Shown here: piece after piece, positions 1-9,362 of the stretch
Layout of the letters: each line of letters begins with the position of its first letter
How positions within the stretch are numbered: the first letter of the stretch is position 1
Assembly: GCA_035478615.1 (NCBI GenBank)
Contig: DATIJN010000140.1
Span: forward strand, 56,088-120,087
From: Candidatus Saccharimonadales bacterium
Lineage (GTDB): Bacteria > Babelota > Babeliae > Babelales > Chromulinivoraceae
Direction: 5' to 3'
DNA: 64,000 nt
The notes under the pieces: model-generated
The model's database searches: none
Told to the model about the DNA's origin: nothing
The model's input: the letters and a program-made list of their open reading frames with translations, nothing else
Position numbers and translations under genes: made by a program

Positions 1-63
1 ATGATTATTCGTTATGTTATAAAATTAGATGCTTATCATTATTTTGAAATTTGTCATAATTGA
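1..63 (+). CDS. Possible 3' end of a gene running off the left edge
   Basis: Frame open from position 1 to TGA at 61-63 (20 codons). Cannot be judged without upstream sequence. Confidence 0.15.
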   Translation: MIIRYVIKLDAYHYFEICHN

Positions 64-257
64 TAATGTTTAACTAAACATCCAGTCGTATTATTTAAAC
101 ATTCCCTGTAACAAGTTTCACAAAGAATACGTGTTGGTTTATAAGAATCTCCTTTATAATACATTCCTGTACCACTACAACATCTTGAATGTAGCTGATC
201 ACAACAATCACATATAAAATTACACGGAATACATCCTGTTTGATATTGATAATCCAT
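54..257 (-). CDS. Small Cys-rich protein, putative zinc-binding
   Basis: ATG-initiated 67-aa ORF with paired cysteines (CIPC, CDCC, CETC). Confidence 0.4.
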   Translation of the reverse strand: MDYQYQTGCIPCNFICDCCDQLHSRCCSGTGMYYKGDSYKPTRILCETCYRECLNNTTGCLVKHYQL

Positions 258-324
258 AATATAAATATTATTTTTAATTTATAAATTTTTTAATTTAAAT
301 CATTATTTTATGGGATAAAATGAA

Positions 325-570
325 TTACAATTTTATTACATGCTTAATCGTAACTAATAAATAGATTAATTCATCCGTAGTATATTCAAAAAGAATTTGA
401 CCAAAGCATTTAATATAACTTTTATTAATTACATTGGGTTTATAAAATTTAGTATTATACCTATGATTACAATTAAAATCATAATTTTTGAGTATCTTTT
501 TTAATTTGTCAAATTCATAAGTTTTTAATAATGTAACATAGTCAGCATTATCTTCAAAACAATCAGTCAT
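325..570 (-). CDS. Hypothetical protein
   Basis: ORF-track start at 639 is TTG; the first in-frame ATG is at 570. An AAAATTGA match lies on the minus strand at 636-643. Confidence 0.35.
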   Translation of the reverse strand: MTDCFEDNADYVTLLKTYEFDKLKKILKNYDFNCNHRYNTKFYKPNVINKSYIKCFGQILFEYTTDELIYLLVTIKHVIKL

Positions 571-649
571 AGAATAATGATATATCTTTACATAGTCGTC
601 ATGAATATATAACAAATTGTTAAAGTCAACATTTTTCAATTTTTTTAAA

Positions 650-2053
650 ATGAATCATTTTTATTATAATAATGATTATAATAAAATAAAAAAAATAAAA
701 AAAATGATTGAAGATGATGTGATGAAAAAAATAACCACAAAAGAATTAAAATCCATCAAATCAAAAAGCAAAAAATTTATATCCAATCCAATCATCTATG
801 ATAAACGATGGTATAATTATTTAGTACCAACACCTCCCTATAAATCACTTTTTGACGATTACAACATGGATGATTTAATAACCCATCTCGTTATTAAATA
901 TACAACACCAAATGATATTTCATTATATGCCTATTTCGACTCCTATGTTGAATTTTTTACCTATCAACAACATTTCAAACAACATCAAAGTTTTTACGAA
1001 ATTATACTTAATCATTATCAAAAACCCCATTTTGATATCGATATCAAATTAAATAAAATTGATAATTATTTAGTAGATGGTCAAATAACAATCGATAAAT
1101 TACATGACATTGGAAACAAACTCGTTGAAACAATGATTAAAAGTTGTTCAATCCTTTTACAACCCAACGTGTTAAATATTGACAATGATGTCTTACTTTA
1201 TACCTCTCATGGTGATGATCGCTTAAGTTATCACATCATTCTCAATCACTGGTGCCATGTAGATCATTTAGAAGCGAAAGCGTTTTACGACCAAGTGTAT
1301 CATTTAACATCTTGTTATTTAAATGGTCAATATGTCGAATTCATGGATCCAAATGTATATAAAACTAATCAATCATTTCGATTATTGGGTAGTCATAAAT
1401 ATGATAATAAACGGATTAAAAAATATGAATCCACATTTTTTTATAATAATCGTATGATTATTAATAATAATAATGATAAAATGAATCAATTAGCCGATTC
1501 ATTAGTTAGTTTTACTTCGGGTTGTCAATTATTACAATCATTTAAAAAACCAAATCACTTTGTTATGGTGCCACAGCGTGAATTAGATGAACAAGATTTA
1601 GATGAAATCCAACATTTACTAAATAAAGAATTTAAGGATTTATTTAAAATTAGAAAAATTCACCAAAATAAAATTTACTTATTGCGTAAAAAAGCGTATT
1701 ATTGTACGATATGTCACCGTACACATAAACATGAAAACCCGCGACTGATTATTTATAATGGTTGTGTGAAATGGGATTGCAGACGGAATGAAAGTGGTGA
1801 AAAGAAAATTTTAGGTTATTTATCGACCAATAAATCGATTACTGATCAAGACATTGTGTTTCAAAATGAAACCAAGAATGATGGCAATATGGTTTCATTT
1901 GGTGATTATCAAGTTGATTTAATCAATGATCAGATTATTACACCTATTAATACACCTATTAATACACCTATTAATACACCGATTATGAATTCACCAATTA
2001 TAAAAAGAAAAGTCCGCAAAAAATTAGCTCATGGTATTGTTGAAAATTGTTGA
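650..2053 (+). CDS. Archaeo-eukaryotic primase (AEP/prim-pol) superfamily protein with Cys/His finger
   Basis: AEP motifs in canonical order: PHFDIDIK (DxD), SHGDDRLSYHIIL (sxH), DPNVYKTNQSFRLLGSHK (hRhxGSxK). Followed by CTICHRTHKH...CVKWDC. Track start 617 is TTG; first ATG is at 650. Confidence 0.65.
   Translation: MNHFYYNNDYNKIKKIKKMIEDDVMKKITTKELKSIKSKSKKFISNPIIYDKRWYNYLVPTPPYKSLFDDYNMDDLITHLVIKYTTPNDISLYAYFDSYVEFFTYQQHFKQHQSFYEIILNHYQKPHFDIDIKLNKIDNYLVDGQITIDKLHDIGNKLVETMIKSCSILLQPNVLNIDNDVLLYTSHGDDRLSYHIILNHWCHVDHLEAKAFYDQVYHLTSCYLNGQYVEFMDPNVYKTNQSFRLLGSHKYDNKRIKKYESTFFYNNRMIINNNNDKMNQLADSLVSFTSGCQLLQSFKKPNHFVMVPQRELDEQDLDEIQHLLNKEFKDLFKIRKIHQNKIYLLRKKAYYCTICHRTHKHENPRLIIYNGCVKWDCRRNESGEKKILGYLSTNKSITDQDIVFQNETKNDGNMVSFGDYQVDLINDQIITPINTPINTPINTPIMNSPIIKRKVRKKLAHGIVENC
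1940..1987 (+). repeat. 12-nt in-frame tandem repeat (acacctattaat x3 plus a degenerate fourth) encoding TPIN repeats
   Basis: Read directly from the sequence; encodes TPINTPINTPINTPI in the primase C-terminal tail. Confidence 0.9.
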
Positions 2054-2058
2054 AAAAT

Positions 2059-2084
2059 AATATATACATGTAAAAGTATATATT
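2059..2084. terminator. AT-rich hairpin 3' of the primase gene
   Basis: aatatatac-N8-gtatatatt, 6 nt after the stop. Confidence 0.5.
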
Positions 2085-2107
2085 AATGCATTGTTTGTTG
2101 AAAAAAA

Positions 2108-2344
2108 ATGAACAAATTTATAAAAATTAAAATTAAAATGGGTATCGTTACGAGTAGTTTTGAATTAATTAATAGTTCGTTATATGAAGAAGTAATTACA
2201 AAATCACCTGATGGTACAATTGTCACAAAACGTAAAAATCCTTGGGTTGCAGGTATTAGTGCAGCAGGAGCAATCATGTTGCTCATAGTTCATATTGACG
2301 GTGGAACAGGTATGGTTTCAAAAGTGTTTGGAAAAATTAAATAG
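2108..2344 (+). CDS. Small hydrophobic protein (uncertain)
   Basis: ATG ORF of 78 aa with one hydrophobic segment (VAGISAAGAIMLLIV). It follows the hairpin at 2059-2084, with a near-AAAATTGA (AAAATTGT) at 2043-2050. Competes with an antisense ORF at 2083-2286. Confidence 0.3.
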   Translation: MNKFIKIKIKMGIVTSSFELINSSLYEEVITKSPDGTIVTKRKNPWVAGISAAGAIMLLIVHIDGGTGMVSKVFGKIK

Positions 2345-3221
2345 TTACAATGTCAATATCTGGATATCTGTATAAATGATAAGCAATTATTTCTTCCATT
2401 GTACTAATATCAACTTCAACATCACGATTATCGTTAACAATAGTAATTAAAAAATGATGATACATACAATAAAATAATAAATCACTATTAGTCAGAATTA
2501 TTTCATCATCAAATAAATCAGGATAATATTTGATTAATAATTTGTAATTTTTTAATATAATAGTAATAGCCTCATGATAATCATCCATATATGTCATGAG
2601 ATCATGAATAATCATTTTAGCTTTCATGGATGCATTTATAAAAAATTGCAACTTGTTCAATGGTATTTTTCTGTAGTATGTACGATGTTCATCTAAAAAT
2701 AAATTGACTAAAAATTCAACCGTTTCTAAATCAGTTAAAATGATTGATGATCGATAATCGTCAGGTGTATACATCCAAAATTCTAAATACATTTGATGAT
2801 TATTAAATTCAATATATGTATTAGCTTCAAAACGACCATATAATTTATCATTTTTATTAATATTCATTTCTTTTTCATTTTTTAATTTATCCATTATTTT
2901 ATTAGATATCAATGGACTAATTTTAGACATGTCACTAATGGTATTAATTATTCCATAATAAAATAGTTTATTAGATTGTTTAATAAATTCAACAACATGA
3001 TATGCTAATTGAATTAAACGATCAATAAAAATCAAATTATTTAATGTTAATTTGATATTTTTATAAATCTTAATGTGTAACTGGTTAAATTTCGTTATTA
3101 AAAACTGCTTGCTGTGACAAATGTTGCTATATTGTTTATTGATTTGACACATAGGATATAAATCTTGAATATCTGTATTGAGTAGTGTTTCATAAATAAT
3201 ATCATTTGTAACCTTATTCAT
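2337..3221 (-). CDS. F-box-like N-terminal domain protein
   Basis: N-terminus NDIIYETLLNTDIQDLYPMCQINKQYSNIC matches the motif shared by about 16 ORFs in this window. Confidence 0.6.
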   Translation of the reverse strand: MNKVTNDIIYETLLNTDIQDLYPMCQINKQYSNICHSKQFLITKFNQLHIKIYKNIKLTLNNLIFIDRLIQLAYHVVEFIKQSNKLFYYGIINTISDMSKISPLISNKIMDKLKNEKEMNINKNDKLYGRFEANTYIEFNNHQMYLEFWMYTPDDYRSSIILTDLETVEFLVNLFLDEHRTYYRKIPLNKLQFFINASMKAKMIIHDLMTYMDDYHEAITIILKNYKLLIKYYPDLFDDEIILTNSDLLFYCMYHHFLITIVNDNRDVEVDISTMEEIIAYHLYRYPDIDIVTI

Positions 3222-3243
3222 TTATTATTTTAATATATATATA

Positions 3244-3516
3244 TTAAAATAATTTACGCGGTTTTATATGCATTAAAATATCATCAATCGTATCATATAC
3301 ATTGTTTATGTCACTAATGTCGTAAACATCTTCATATCCATCAATCTCATTAACAAATGAAATTTCAAAATGATAATAATCATGAATAATGTTGATTTGG
3401 TAATTTGTCCATATGACATTGATTTGATTAAAATAATGAAAAACAGTTGGTTTTATTTCATATAAATCATATATACGTTGTTTGATATAGTTTTGAATAC
3501 GATATGTCATTGACAT
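3244..3516 (-). CDS. Hypothetical protein
   Basis: ATG ORF of 90 aa that does not overlap its neighbours. Confidence 0.45.
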   Translation of the reverse strand: MSMTYRIQNYIKQRIYDLYEIKPTVFHYFNQINVIWTNYQINIIHDYYHFEISFVNEIDGYEDVYDISDINNVYDTIDDILMHIKPRKLF

Positions 3517-3566
3517 TTTAATAATTATTATTTAATTATATAAATATCAATGACATTTTTATATAA

Positions 3567-4067
3567 TTAAATAATAATTTGATTCACACTCGCTAAATGT
3601 AATAAACTATAAAACAAATAAATATACAATAATTCTAAAGGTAATAATAGTAATGGTGCCCAAATGTTCACGCTACCAACCAACAACATTAAATAAAAGT
3701 AAATCAAGATAATGATAAATATAATCACCAACGCTGCATAAAAACTTTCATAAATATAAAACACAACTATCCATAATAAATTTAAATAATTAATCATGAC
3801 ATACCAGGGCCATAATGTTGTCACTGATGGCGCTAAATAAAATGTACCATAGCTAATAATAGACGCGATTAGCCATAACCCAGCAATAAGCCATGCATTT
3901 TGTGGAAACTTTTTAATCAATTCTTGATAAAATGGTTTTTGCGCGCCAATATAAGCAGCGATTAAAAATAATATGGTAATGATCAAGGATGAGATCAATA
4001 AAACCCATTGATCTGCAGTCGTTGGTAATAGACTGTATGTTTTATCTTCTATTATAACTTGTTCCAT
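3567..4067 (-). CDS. Multi-pass membrane protein (4-5 hydrophobic segments)
   Basis: 166 aa dominated by long hydrophobic, Trp/Tyr-rich stretches. Confidence 0.55.
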   Translation of the reverse strand: MEQVIIEDKTYSLLPTTADQWVLLISSLIITILFLIAAYIGAQKPFYQELIKKFPQNAWLIAGLWLIASIISYGTFYLAPSVTTLWPWYVMINYLNLLWIVVFYIYESFYAALVIIFIIILIYFYLMLLVGSVNIWAPLLLLPLELLYIYLFYSLLHLASVNQIII

Positions 4068-4075
4068 TTTTAATA

Positions 4076-4621
4076 TTAAAAATAATAATTGTTACAAATT
4101 GGTATTTGATTCAAATGACGATAATCTCTTTCCATTTGAAAACGATTATCATCGTCAACAAATGTAGCAAAACTATAATCTATAATGTAAATAGCGTTAA
4201 TATAATTATCCTTAGCGGATAACATGATATTATCACAATGCAAGTCATGATGTATAACACCATGTTGATGCATTAAATTAATTTGTTTGTAAATTAAATT
4301 ATACAATTCTTGACTAATACATTCGTTATATTGTAAAAATTCGCACAATGTTATACCATCAATTTTATCAATTACAATAAACCATTCAAGTGTTTTACGA
4401 CAATACCAGTATGCGTACACACGGGGACCGATACCATATTCACCCATTTGATGAGCAATTATCACTTCATCTTTATTAAATAAAGTAGCACGCACTTTTT
4501 TAATCGCATAGATACAATGAGGTTTACAAGCTGTAAATACTTTAGCACTGGCACCTTTACCAATTATATTTTTAATCACATATCCGTTTAAACAATCTTC
4601 GCTTGCTTGCGATTCATTCAT
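4076..4621 (-). CDS. Minimal protein kinase-like protein (Bud32/RIO-sized)
   Basis: GKGASAKVF (Gly loop), YAIKKV (VAIK Lys), HGVIHHDLHCDNIML (HxDxxxxN catalytic loop), IIDYSFA (DFG-equivalent). The ORF ends soon after, so there is no activation segment or C-lobe. Confidence 0.6.
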   Translation of the reverse strand: MNESQASEDCLNGYVIKNIIGKGASAKVFTACKPHCIYAIKKVRATLFNKDEVIIAHQMGEYGIGPRVYAYWYCRKTLEWFIVIDKIDGITLCEFLQYNECISQELYNLIYKQINLMHQHGVIHHDLHCDNIMLSAKDNYINAIYIIDYSFATFVDDDNRFQMERDYRHLNQIPICNNYYF

Positions 4622-4631
4622 TTTAAATAAT

Positions 4632-4653
4632 TATAATTTTAAACAAAATTATA
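4632..4653. promoter_or_regulatory. Palindrome in a head-to-head spacer (kinase / caspase-like)
   Basis: tataatttt-aaac-aaaattata; ends 1 nt before the ATG at 4654. Confidence 0.3.
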
Positions 4654-5409
4654 ATGACAGCGATACTCATGATATTTGATTATCATCAAAATCACGATGA
4701 CTATTTAGAAGGTGCTCGATTTGACTTACAATATATAACAGAATGGCTATTATTGTTAGATTTAAAAATTTACATTTTAACAGATATAATTGATTATCAA
4801 CACGATCATCGCACTATTGTTTATCAGGTTCATTCAACCGATGATTTAATAACATGTCTTTATGATATTACTAAAGTAATATCTAAACGGTTGTTTTTTT
4901 ATTATTCAGGACATAGTTATCCAACCAATGAGTTTTTACTACCAAACTTAAAACACCAATCTTTTAATATCATTAAAGATGTCATCTTGAAATACGAGGA
5001 TGTTTTGATGATGATGGATTGCTGTTATTCAAATTCCATACTATTCCTATTACCATTCAAATGGGTGACAAATCGATTTAAAATTAATAATTATAATCAA
5101 ATTGACGATTATGATAATCAAATTATTTTAATCACATCGTCGTCTGATCAAGAACGTTCAGCATCCACAAAATATGGATCTGTTTTTACACGCTGTTTTA
5201 TTAATTATTTACATTTGTACAAAAACAAAAAATTACTCAATTTAATAAACATGATTGACTCGATCAATCAAATGATGACAACGCAAATCAATCAAACGAT
5301 ATCTGTATATGCATCACATCATATTTATCCCTTATTACCCGTGTGGATATATCCACATCACTTAAATGTAATATATCATCCGTACTATCCAATTTTATTA
5401 ATACAATAA
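4654..5409 (+). CDS. Caspase/metacaspase-like (C14 fold) protein
   Basis: FFYYSGHSYP (His box) and LMMMDCCYSNS (Cys box) in the order and spacing of the caspase His/Cys dyad. Confidence 0.5.
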   Translation: MTAILMIFDYHQNHDDYLEGARFDLQYITEWLLLLDLKIYILTDIIDYQHDHRTIVYQVHSTDDLITCLYDITKVISKRLFFYYSGHSYPTNEFLLPNLKHQSFNIIKDVILKYEDVLMMMDCCYSNSILFLLPFKWVTNRFKINNYNQIDDYDNQIILITSSSDQERSASTKYGSVFTRCFINYLHLYKNKKLLNLINMIDSINQMMTTQINQTISVYASHHIYPLLPVWIYPHHLNVIYHPYYPILLIQ

Positions 5410-5636
5410 GTTTTTTTAGCACAAGACGGTGAATAAATGTTTACGTTAATTTTATTGTCATTATTATTATCATCATCGTTAATACAAAAAGTTTTCTTTG
5501 GTTGTGATGGTGAAAAAATGTTAATTTTAATAGCGTTATTATTTGGTATTACGCATGGTTGCTGCTTCTGATGATGATGATGTTTTTTTATCAACTTATA
5601 AACTTGACCATAATAACTTGTGACTTGATCAATCAT
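5385..5636 (-). CDS. Hypothetical protein with internal duplication
   Basis: KINIFSPSQPKKTFCIND / KINVNIYSPSCAKKTYCINK. Overlaps the convergent neighbour by 25 nt. Confidence 0.35.
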   Translation of the reverse strand: MIDQVTSYYGQVYKLIKKHHHHQKQQPCVIPNNNAIKINIFSPSQPKKTFCINDDDNNNDNKINVNIYSPSCAKKTYCINKIG

Positions 5637-5658
5637 TTTATTATAAAATTAATTATAA

Positions 5659-5678
5659 TTAATAACATATGTTATTAA
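5659..5678. terminator. Perfect 20-nt palindrome between tandem minus-strand genes
   Basis: ttaataacatatgttattaa abuts the stop at 5679. Confidence 0.5.
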
Positions 5679-5993
5679 TTAAACTGGTCTTACTAAGATT
5701 TTATTAGGACCGTATCCAAAAGTAATATAATATACTTTTTCGAATGGATTTTTATTGATTTTGACAGTCATGTTGAATAAATTAACAAATAATGGAAGAG
5801 CAACAGTATAAATATCATCCAACAATAACTGTTTCAAAAGACACAATTTCAATATTATTTTCCGATAAACCGTTTTATTTGCAGTCAATGCATAGTGTCT
5901 CCGGTGTTTACCACAAAAAGATTGATTTTTATATATTATATTAGTACAACGCACGCCTGTATTTGATATATAACCCTGACAATACAAGCTCAT
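5679..5993 (-). CDS. Hypothetical protein with N-terminal Cys motif
   Basis: MSLYCQGYISNTGVRCTNIIYKNQSFCGKHRR. The same C-x-G-x(n)-RC-x(n)-C-x2-H pattern starts ORF 38095-38268. Confidence 0.45.
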   Translation of the reverse strand: MSLYCQGYISNTGVRCTNIIYKNQSFCGKHRRHYALTANKTVYRKIILKLCLLKQLLLDDIYTVALPLFVNLFNMTVKINKNPFEKVYYITFGYGPNKILVRPV

Positions 5994-6065
5994 TTTTAGT
6001 CTAATTTTTTTATTTTCAAATCGTTTTTAAACATTGCACCTGAAGTGATGTCACATTATAATGTT

Positions 6066-6431
6066 TTAATATATAATATAATTGTAAGGAAAATTTGCGT
6101 TAGTAATACGTTTATAAAAATAATCGATAATCCATTGTGCAATATAATAAAGTTGATGTTCTAATTCATCAAACGTGAAAACGTGTCGCCAATGAATACT
6201 ATCCACATGAACCCAATTATCTGTCCATTTGTCGAAAATAAAAACGCGAATCATGTTATTGTTACTGTTATAAATATCAATATTAAATTCAATATTATCA
6301 ACAAAAGTAATAGTAATGATATTATCAAGTTGATAATAATCATAATCTACTTGTTTTATGTTTAATTGGCTATAAAACATGTTGATTAATTTATGACCGA
6401 TATGTTCGGCGCGCGATTGTGACATATACAT
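6066..6431 (-). CDS. Hypothetical protein, paralogue of 15676-16029
   Basis: Long identical blocks with the paralogue (FVDNIEF, WVHVDSI.WRHVFTFDELE, YYIAQWIIDYFY). Confidence 0.55.
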   Translation of the reverse strand: MYMSQSRAEHIGHKLINMFYSQLNIKQVDYDYYQLDNIITITFVDNIEFNIDIYNSNNNMIRVFIFDKWTDNWVHVDSIHWRHVFTFDELEHQLYYIAQWIIDYFYKRITNANFPYNYIIY

Positions 6432-6487
6432 TTTTATAAATATTTATAAAATATATAAACAATTATTGTGATAATAAAATAACCACC

Positions 6488-7078
6488 ATGAATAATTTGC
6501 AAGAATCATTAAAAAGATTAATCGCGGAAGACGCGATGACAATCAGTTCGTTAGAACTGCTCCTATCACCCGCGCCAATTTACATTCAAAATCCCACATT
6601 CTTAACCAATATTGTTGACGTTATCAACATTATTACGAAGGATAGGGATAATGATCAAAAATTTACCATCAATGATTTAATTGTATTAAGTAAAGATTTG
6701 GCCGCTTTATCAACATTGATTACCACAATCGTATTGTTGGTCAAATCATTGCCTGATATCAAATTAAATTATAAAGAACAAGATACCGAAGAATTTATTT
6801 ACAAAATTTTGGTATATATCTTTTTGGTTATTTTACCAACTAAAACGACAGTACAATTATCACAAGATGATAAATTAAACATTTTAAACGTATGCAATTT
6901 GATTTATGAATTTTTAATTCATTCTGGTTTATTAAAGGAAATTGTTAAAAAAGTAGCAGCATGGTTTAAGAAAGAGGTAGTAGTGTGTATTACATGTATT
7001 ACAAGTATAAGAAATAGACAAAGTGTTGTAGAGTCTAAAATGCCAAAATTAAAAGCACAATTATCTATGCGTATATAA
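6488..7078 (+). CDS. Hypothetical protein with hydrophobic segments
   Basis: ATG ORF of 196 aa. Confidence 0.5.
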   Translation: MNNLQESLKRLIAEDAMTISSLELLLSPAPIYIQNPTFLTNIVDVINIITKDRDNDQKFTINDLIVLSKDLAALSTLITTIVLLVKSLPDIKLNYKEQDTEEFIYKILVYIFLVILPTKTTVQLSQDDKLNILNVCNLIYEFLIHSGLLKEIVKKVAAWFKKEVVVCITCITSIRNRQSVVESKMPKLKAQLSMRI

Positions 7079-7106
7079 TATATAATTTATGATTCATAAT
7101 TATATA

Positions 7107-7943
7107 TTATATAAATATCTCAATATAAGTTAATTTTTGTAAAATAAGCCGTTCAATTTCCGGCGGCAATGCACTCAGTGGGTTGTGAGACAAATACAAT
7201 TGTTGTAAATGATGTAATTGACCCATTTCAGGCGGCAATGCACTCAGTTGGTTGTAAGTCAAAACTAAACATAGTAAAGCACTCAACTGACCGATTTCTG
7301 GAGGTAATGCATTTAGTTGGTTGTTTGACAAATACAATTGTTGTAAAGCCTCCAATTGACTGATTTCCGGCGGCAATGCACTCAGTTTGTTGTTTGATAA
7401 ATTCAATGTGTGTAAATGACTCAGCTGACCGATTTCCGGCGGCAATGCACTCAGTTGGTTGTTAGACAAATCCAACGTTTGTAAAACACTCAGCTGACCC
7501 AATTCCGGAGGCAATGCACTCAGATGGTTATATGACACATACAAATATTGTAAATTAATTAGCTTACCGATTTCCGGCGGCAATGCACTCAGTTGGTTGT
7601 ATGACAATGACAATAGTTGTAAATTAATCAAATGATCTATTTCGTGTGGCAATGCACTCAGTTGGTTGTGAAACAAATTCAAGTATTTTAAATGACTCAA
7701 CTGGCTAATTTCCGGCGGCAATACACTTAGTTTGTTGTTATGTAAATATAATTTTTGTAAATCACTCAGCTGGCAGATTACCGGAGGCAATACACTCAAT
7801 TTGTAGTTATGTATATCCATTATTTTACTCTGGTAAAGATGATCAATGGATTTATTTATATTTAATTTAAATTTTAAGTTTTCAAGTTGATAACATAATT
7901 TGATTAAATTTAGCCATGATTGATCGGATTTAAAACAAGACAT
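7107..7943 (-). CDS. Leucine-rich repeat protein (LRR body of a split F-box-LRR gene)
   Basis: About 9 tandem 23-aa units of the form LSALPPEIGQLSxLQxLxLSNNQ. The N-terminus MSCFKSDQSWLNLIKLCYQL aligns to residues 54-76 of the intact paralogue at 19878-20873. Confidence 0.7.
   Translation of the reverse strand: MSCFKSDQSWLNLIKLCYQLENLKFKLNINKSIDHLYQSKIMDIHNYKLSVLPPVICQLSDLQKLYLHNNKLSVLPPEISQLSHLKYLNLFHNQLSALPHEIDHLINLQLLSLSYNQLSALPPEIGKLINLQYLYVSYNHLSALPPELGQLSVLQTLDLSNNQLSALPPEIGQLSHLHTLNLSNNKLSALPPEISQLEALQQLYLSNNQLNALPPEIGQLSALLCLVLTYNQLSALPPEMGQLHHLQQLYLSHNPLSALPPEIERLILQKLTYIEIFI
7133..7781 (-). repeat. 69-nt coding tandem repeats (LRR units)
   Basis: Periodic ggcggcaatgcactcag... blocks visible in the DNA. 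Confidence 0.85.
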
Positions 7944-7951
7944 ATTCGTAT

Positions 7952-8092
7952 TTAATAAAATCGACAGTAAATTTGTTGATATAAATAATTTTTTTGTGTA
8001 TAAAATGCATGATTAACTTGACAAAATTGAAATATGATATCTAAATCCGATTGTAATAAAATTGCATCATAAACATCATCGATTAAGTACAT
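7952..8092 (-). pseudogene. Detached F-box-like N-terminal fragment of the LRR gene
   Basis: 46-codon ATG ORF MYLIDDVYDAILLQSDLDIIFQFCQVNHAFYTQKNYLYQQIYCRFY. It aligns to the N-terminus of 19878-20873 and is separated from the LRR body by a TAA plus a frame change. Confidence 0.5.
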
Positions 8093-8096
8093 TATA

Positions 8097-8120
8097 TTTA
8101 TCCTAAATAATTAGGATAAA
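8097..8120. terminator. Hairpin 3' of gene 8131-8652
   Basis: tttatcctaa-ataa-ttaggataaa. Confidence 0.5.
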
Positions 8121-8130
8121 TAAATCATTT

Positions 8131-8652
8131 TTATGATAATAAATTAATATAAACATATAATGCGTTGTATAATTGATAAATTGTATCATATAAAGATTGC
8201 GGTAATAATGCTGTTAATGTATATTCTTCATGTATGACCAATGGTGATTCTAAATTTATTAATATTGCATTAGCATGTAAATAGGTATATAAATAGAGTA
8301 CATCTTTGATACTATGTGGATTAAAATAACTTGTAAATAGTTTTAATAAATATTGGTTAGTCATGTATGTCGATTGATGATAATCAATACCACGTGATTT
8401 ATATATACTAAAAATATTCATCAAGTCGATATCGTCAATTTGATGATTGTTGATATCCGGTTTTTTTGACTTTAAATACGTGTTTAAAATGATTTTATCG
8501 TCTTTTTGTTTCATGTGATATAAAACGCTACCATGATTTGCCGTAACGTAACTGTAAATATCATCGTCGTCATGATACATCATCATATAATGTTTTGAAT
8601 GATTGATAATATCAAAATCATGGCGATAAATTATTGGATCGGTACTACTCAT
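8131..8652 (-). CDS. Hypothetical protein
   Basis: Track start 8682 is TTG; first ATG is at 8652 (MSSTDP...). Confidence 0.45.
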   Translation of the reverse strand: MSSTDPIIYRHDFDIINHSKHYMMMYHDDDDIYSYVTANHGSVLYHMKQKDDKIILNTYLKSKKPDINNHQIDDIDLMNIFSIYKSRGIDYHQSTYMTNQYLLKLFTSYFNPHSIKDVLYLYTYLHANAILINLESPLVIHEEYTLTALLPQSLYDTIYQLYNALYVYINLLS

Positions 8653-8695
8653 TTTATAATAAAAATGATTTAATTTTAACAAATTAAGATTAAAA

Positions 8696-9331
8696 ATGGA
8701 TTACGAATTGGAACGTTTATGGAGGATAAAACAAAATCAAATCAAAATGCTAAACGCACGCGGGTTTTATACAATTCATGAGGATTGGATATTAGATGAC
8801 AATTTGACAAGTAAAGAATTTAAACGTAAATTAGGTAATAATAATAATAATAAATCAATCCGTAAACTATTATATAGTAAATATGAAAAGCAAGATTCAA
8901 AAAATATTGTTGTTTATTATGTCGGATTGGAAAATAGTAAACAAATCAAAGTAGATTCTATTCGTGAATGTACAGAAGCAATGACCAATCATAATATGGA
9001 TGGTATTTTGATAATCAATTCGACGTTAAGCACTGAAGCTTTAAAACATACAAATTATATTACTGAACAACAACTGCAAATTTTTACCGAAGATGAATTA
9101 CTTATTAACATTACAGAACACGTTTTTCAACCATTATATTTTCCAATGACGATGAATGAATCGAATGATTATAAAAAAGAACACGGTAAAAATAAATTAC
9201 CCGGATTATTATTAAAAGATCCTGTGGCTAAATATTTTAATTTGAAAGTAGGACAAATTATCATAACACATACTGATTGTTATGACGATATGTTAACAGT
9301 ACGTATAGAACATGTTATTGTAATAAATTAA
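8696..9331 (+). CDS. DNA-directed RNA polymerase subunit Rpb5 (RPABC1) homologue
   Basis: N-terminal ELERLWRIKQNQIKMLNARGFY and C-terminal KLPGLLLKDPVAKYFNLKVGQIIIT match the conserved Rpb5 N- and C-domain signatures. Confidence 0.75.
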   Translation: MDYELERLWRIKQNQIKMLNARGFYTIHEDWILDDNLTSKEFKRKLGNNNNNKSIRKLLYSKYEKQDSKNIVVYYVGLENSKQIKVDSIRECTEAMTNHNMDGILIINSTLSTEALKHTNYITEQQLQIFTEDELLINITEHVFQPLYFPMTMNESNDYKKEHGKNKLPGLLLKDPVAKYFNLKVGQIIITHTDCYDDMLTVRIEHVIVIN

Positions 9332-9362
9332 TAAAGTTTAAAACTTTTATATTTTTAATAAA

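Noticed and set aside
2083-2286. 67-aa minus-strand ORF overlapping 2108-2344.
   Set aside because: Only one of the two can be real. The plus ORF follows a terminator hairpin and a near-promoter octamer and converges properly on 2337-3221. The minus ORF would have to start inside that arrangement. Neither has high confidence.
3567-4067. Possible TspO/MBR-family assignment for the 166-aa Trp-rich membrane protein.
   Set aside because: The size and number of hydrophobic segments fit, but I could not place the conserved TspO Trp/Arg motifs with confidence. Reported only as a multi-pass membrane protein.
7169-7363. 64-aa ORF antisense to the LRR gene. The same applies to 20365-20547, antisense to the other LRR gene.
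   Set aside because: Repeat-driven open frames. Their peptides repeat with the LRR period and have no independent start context.
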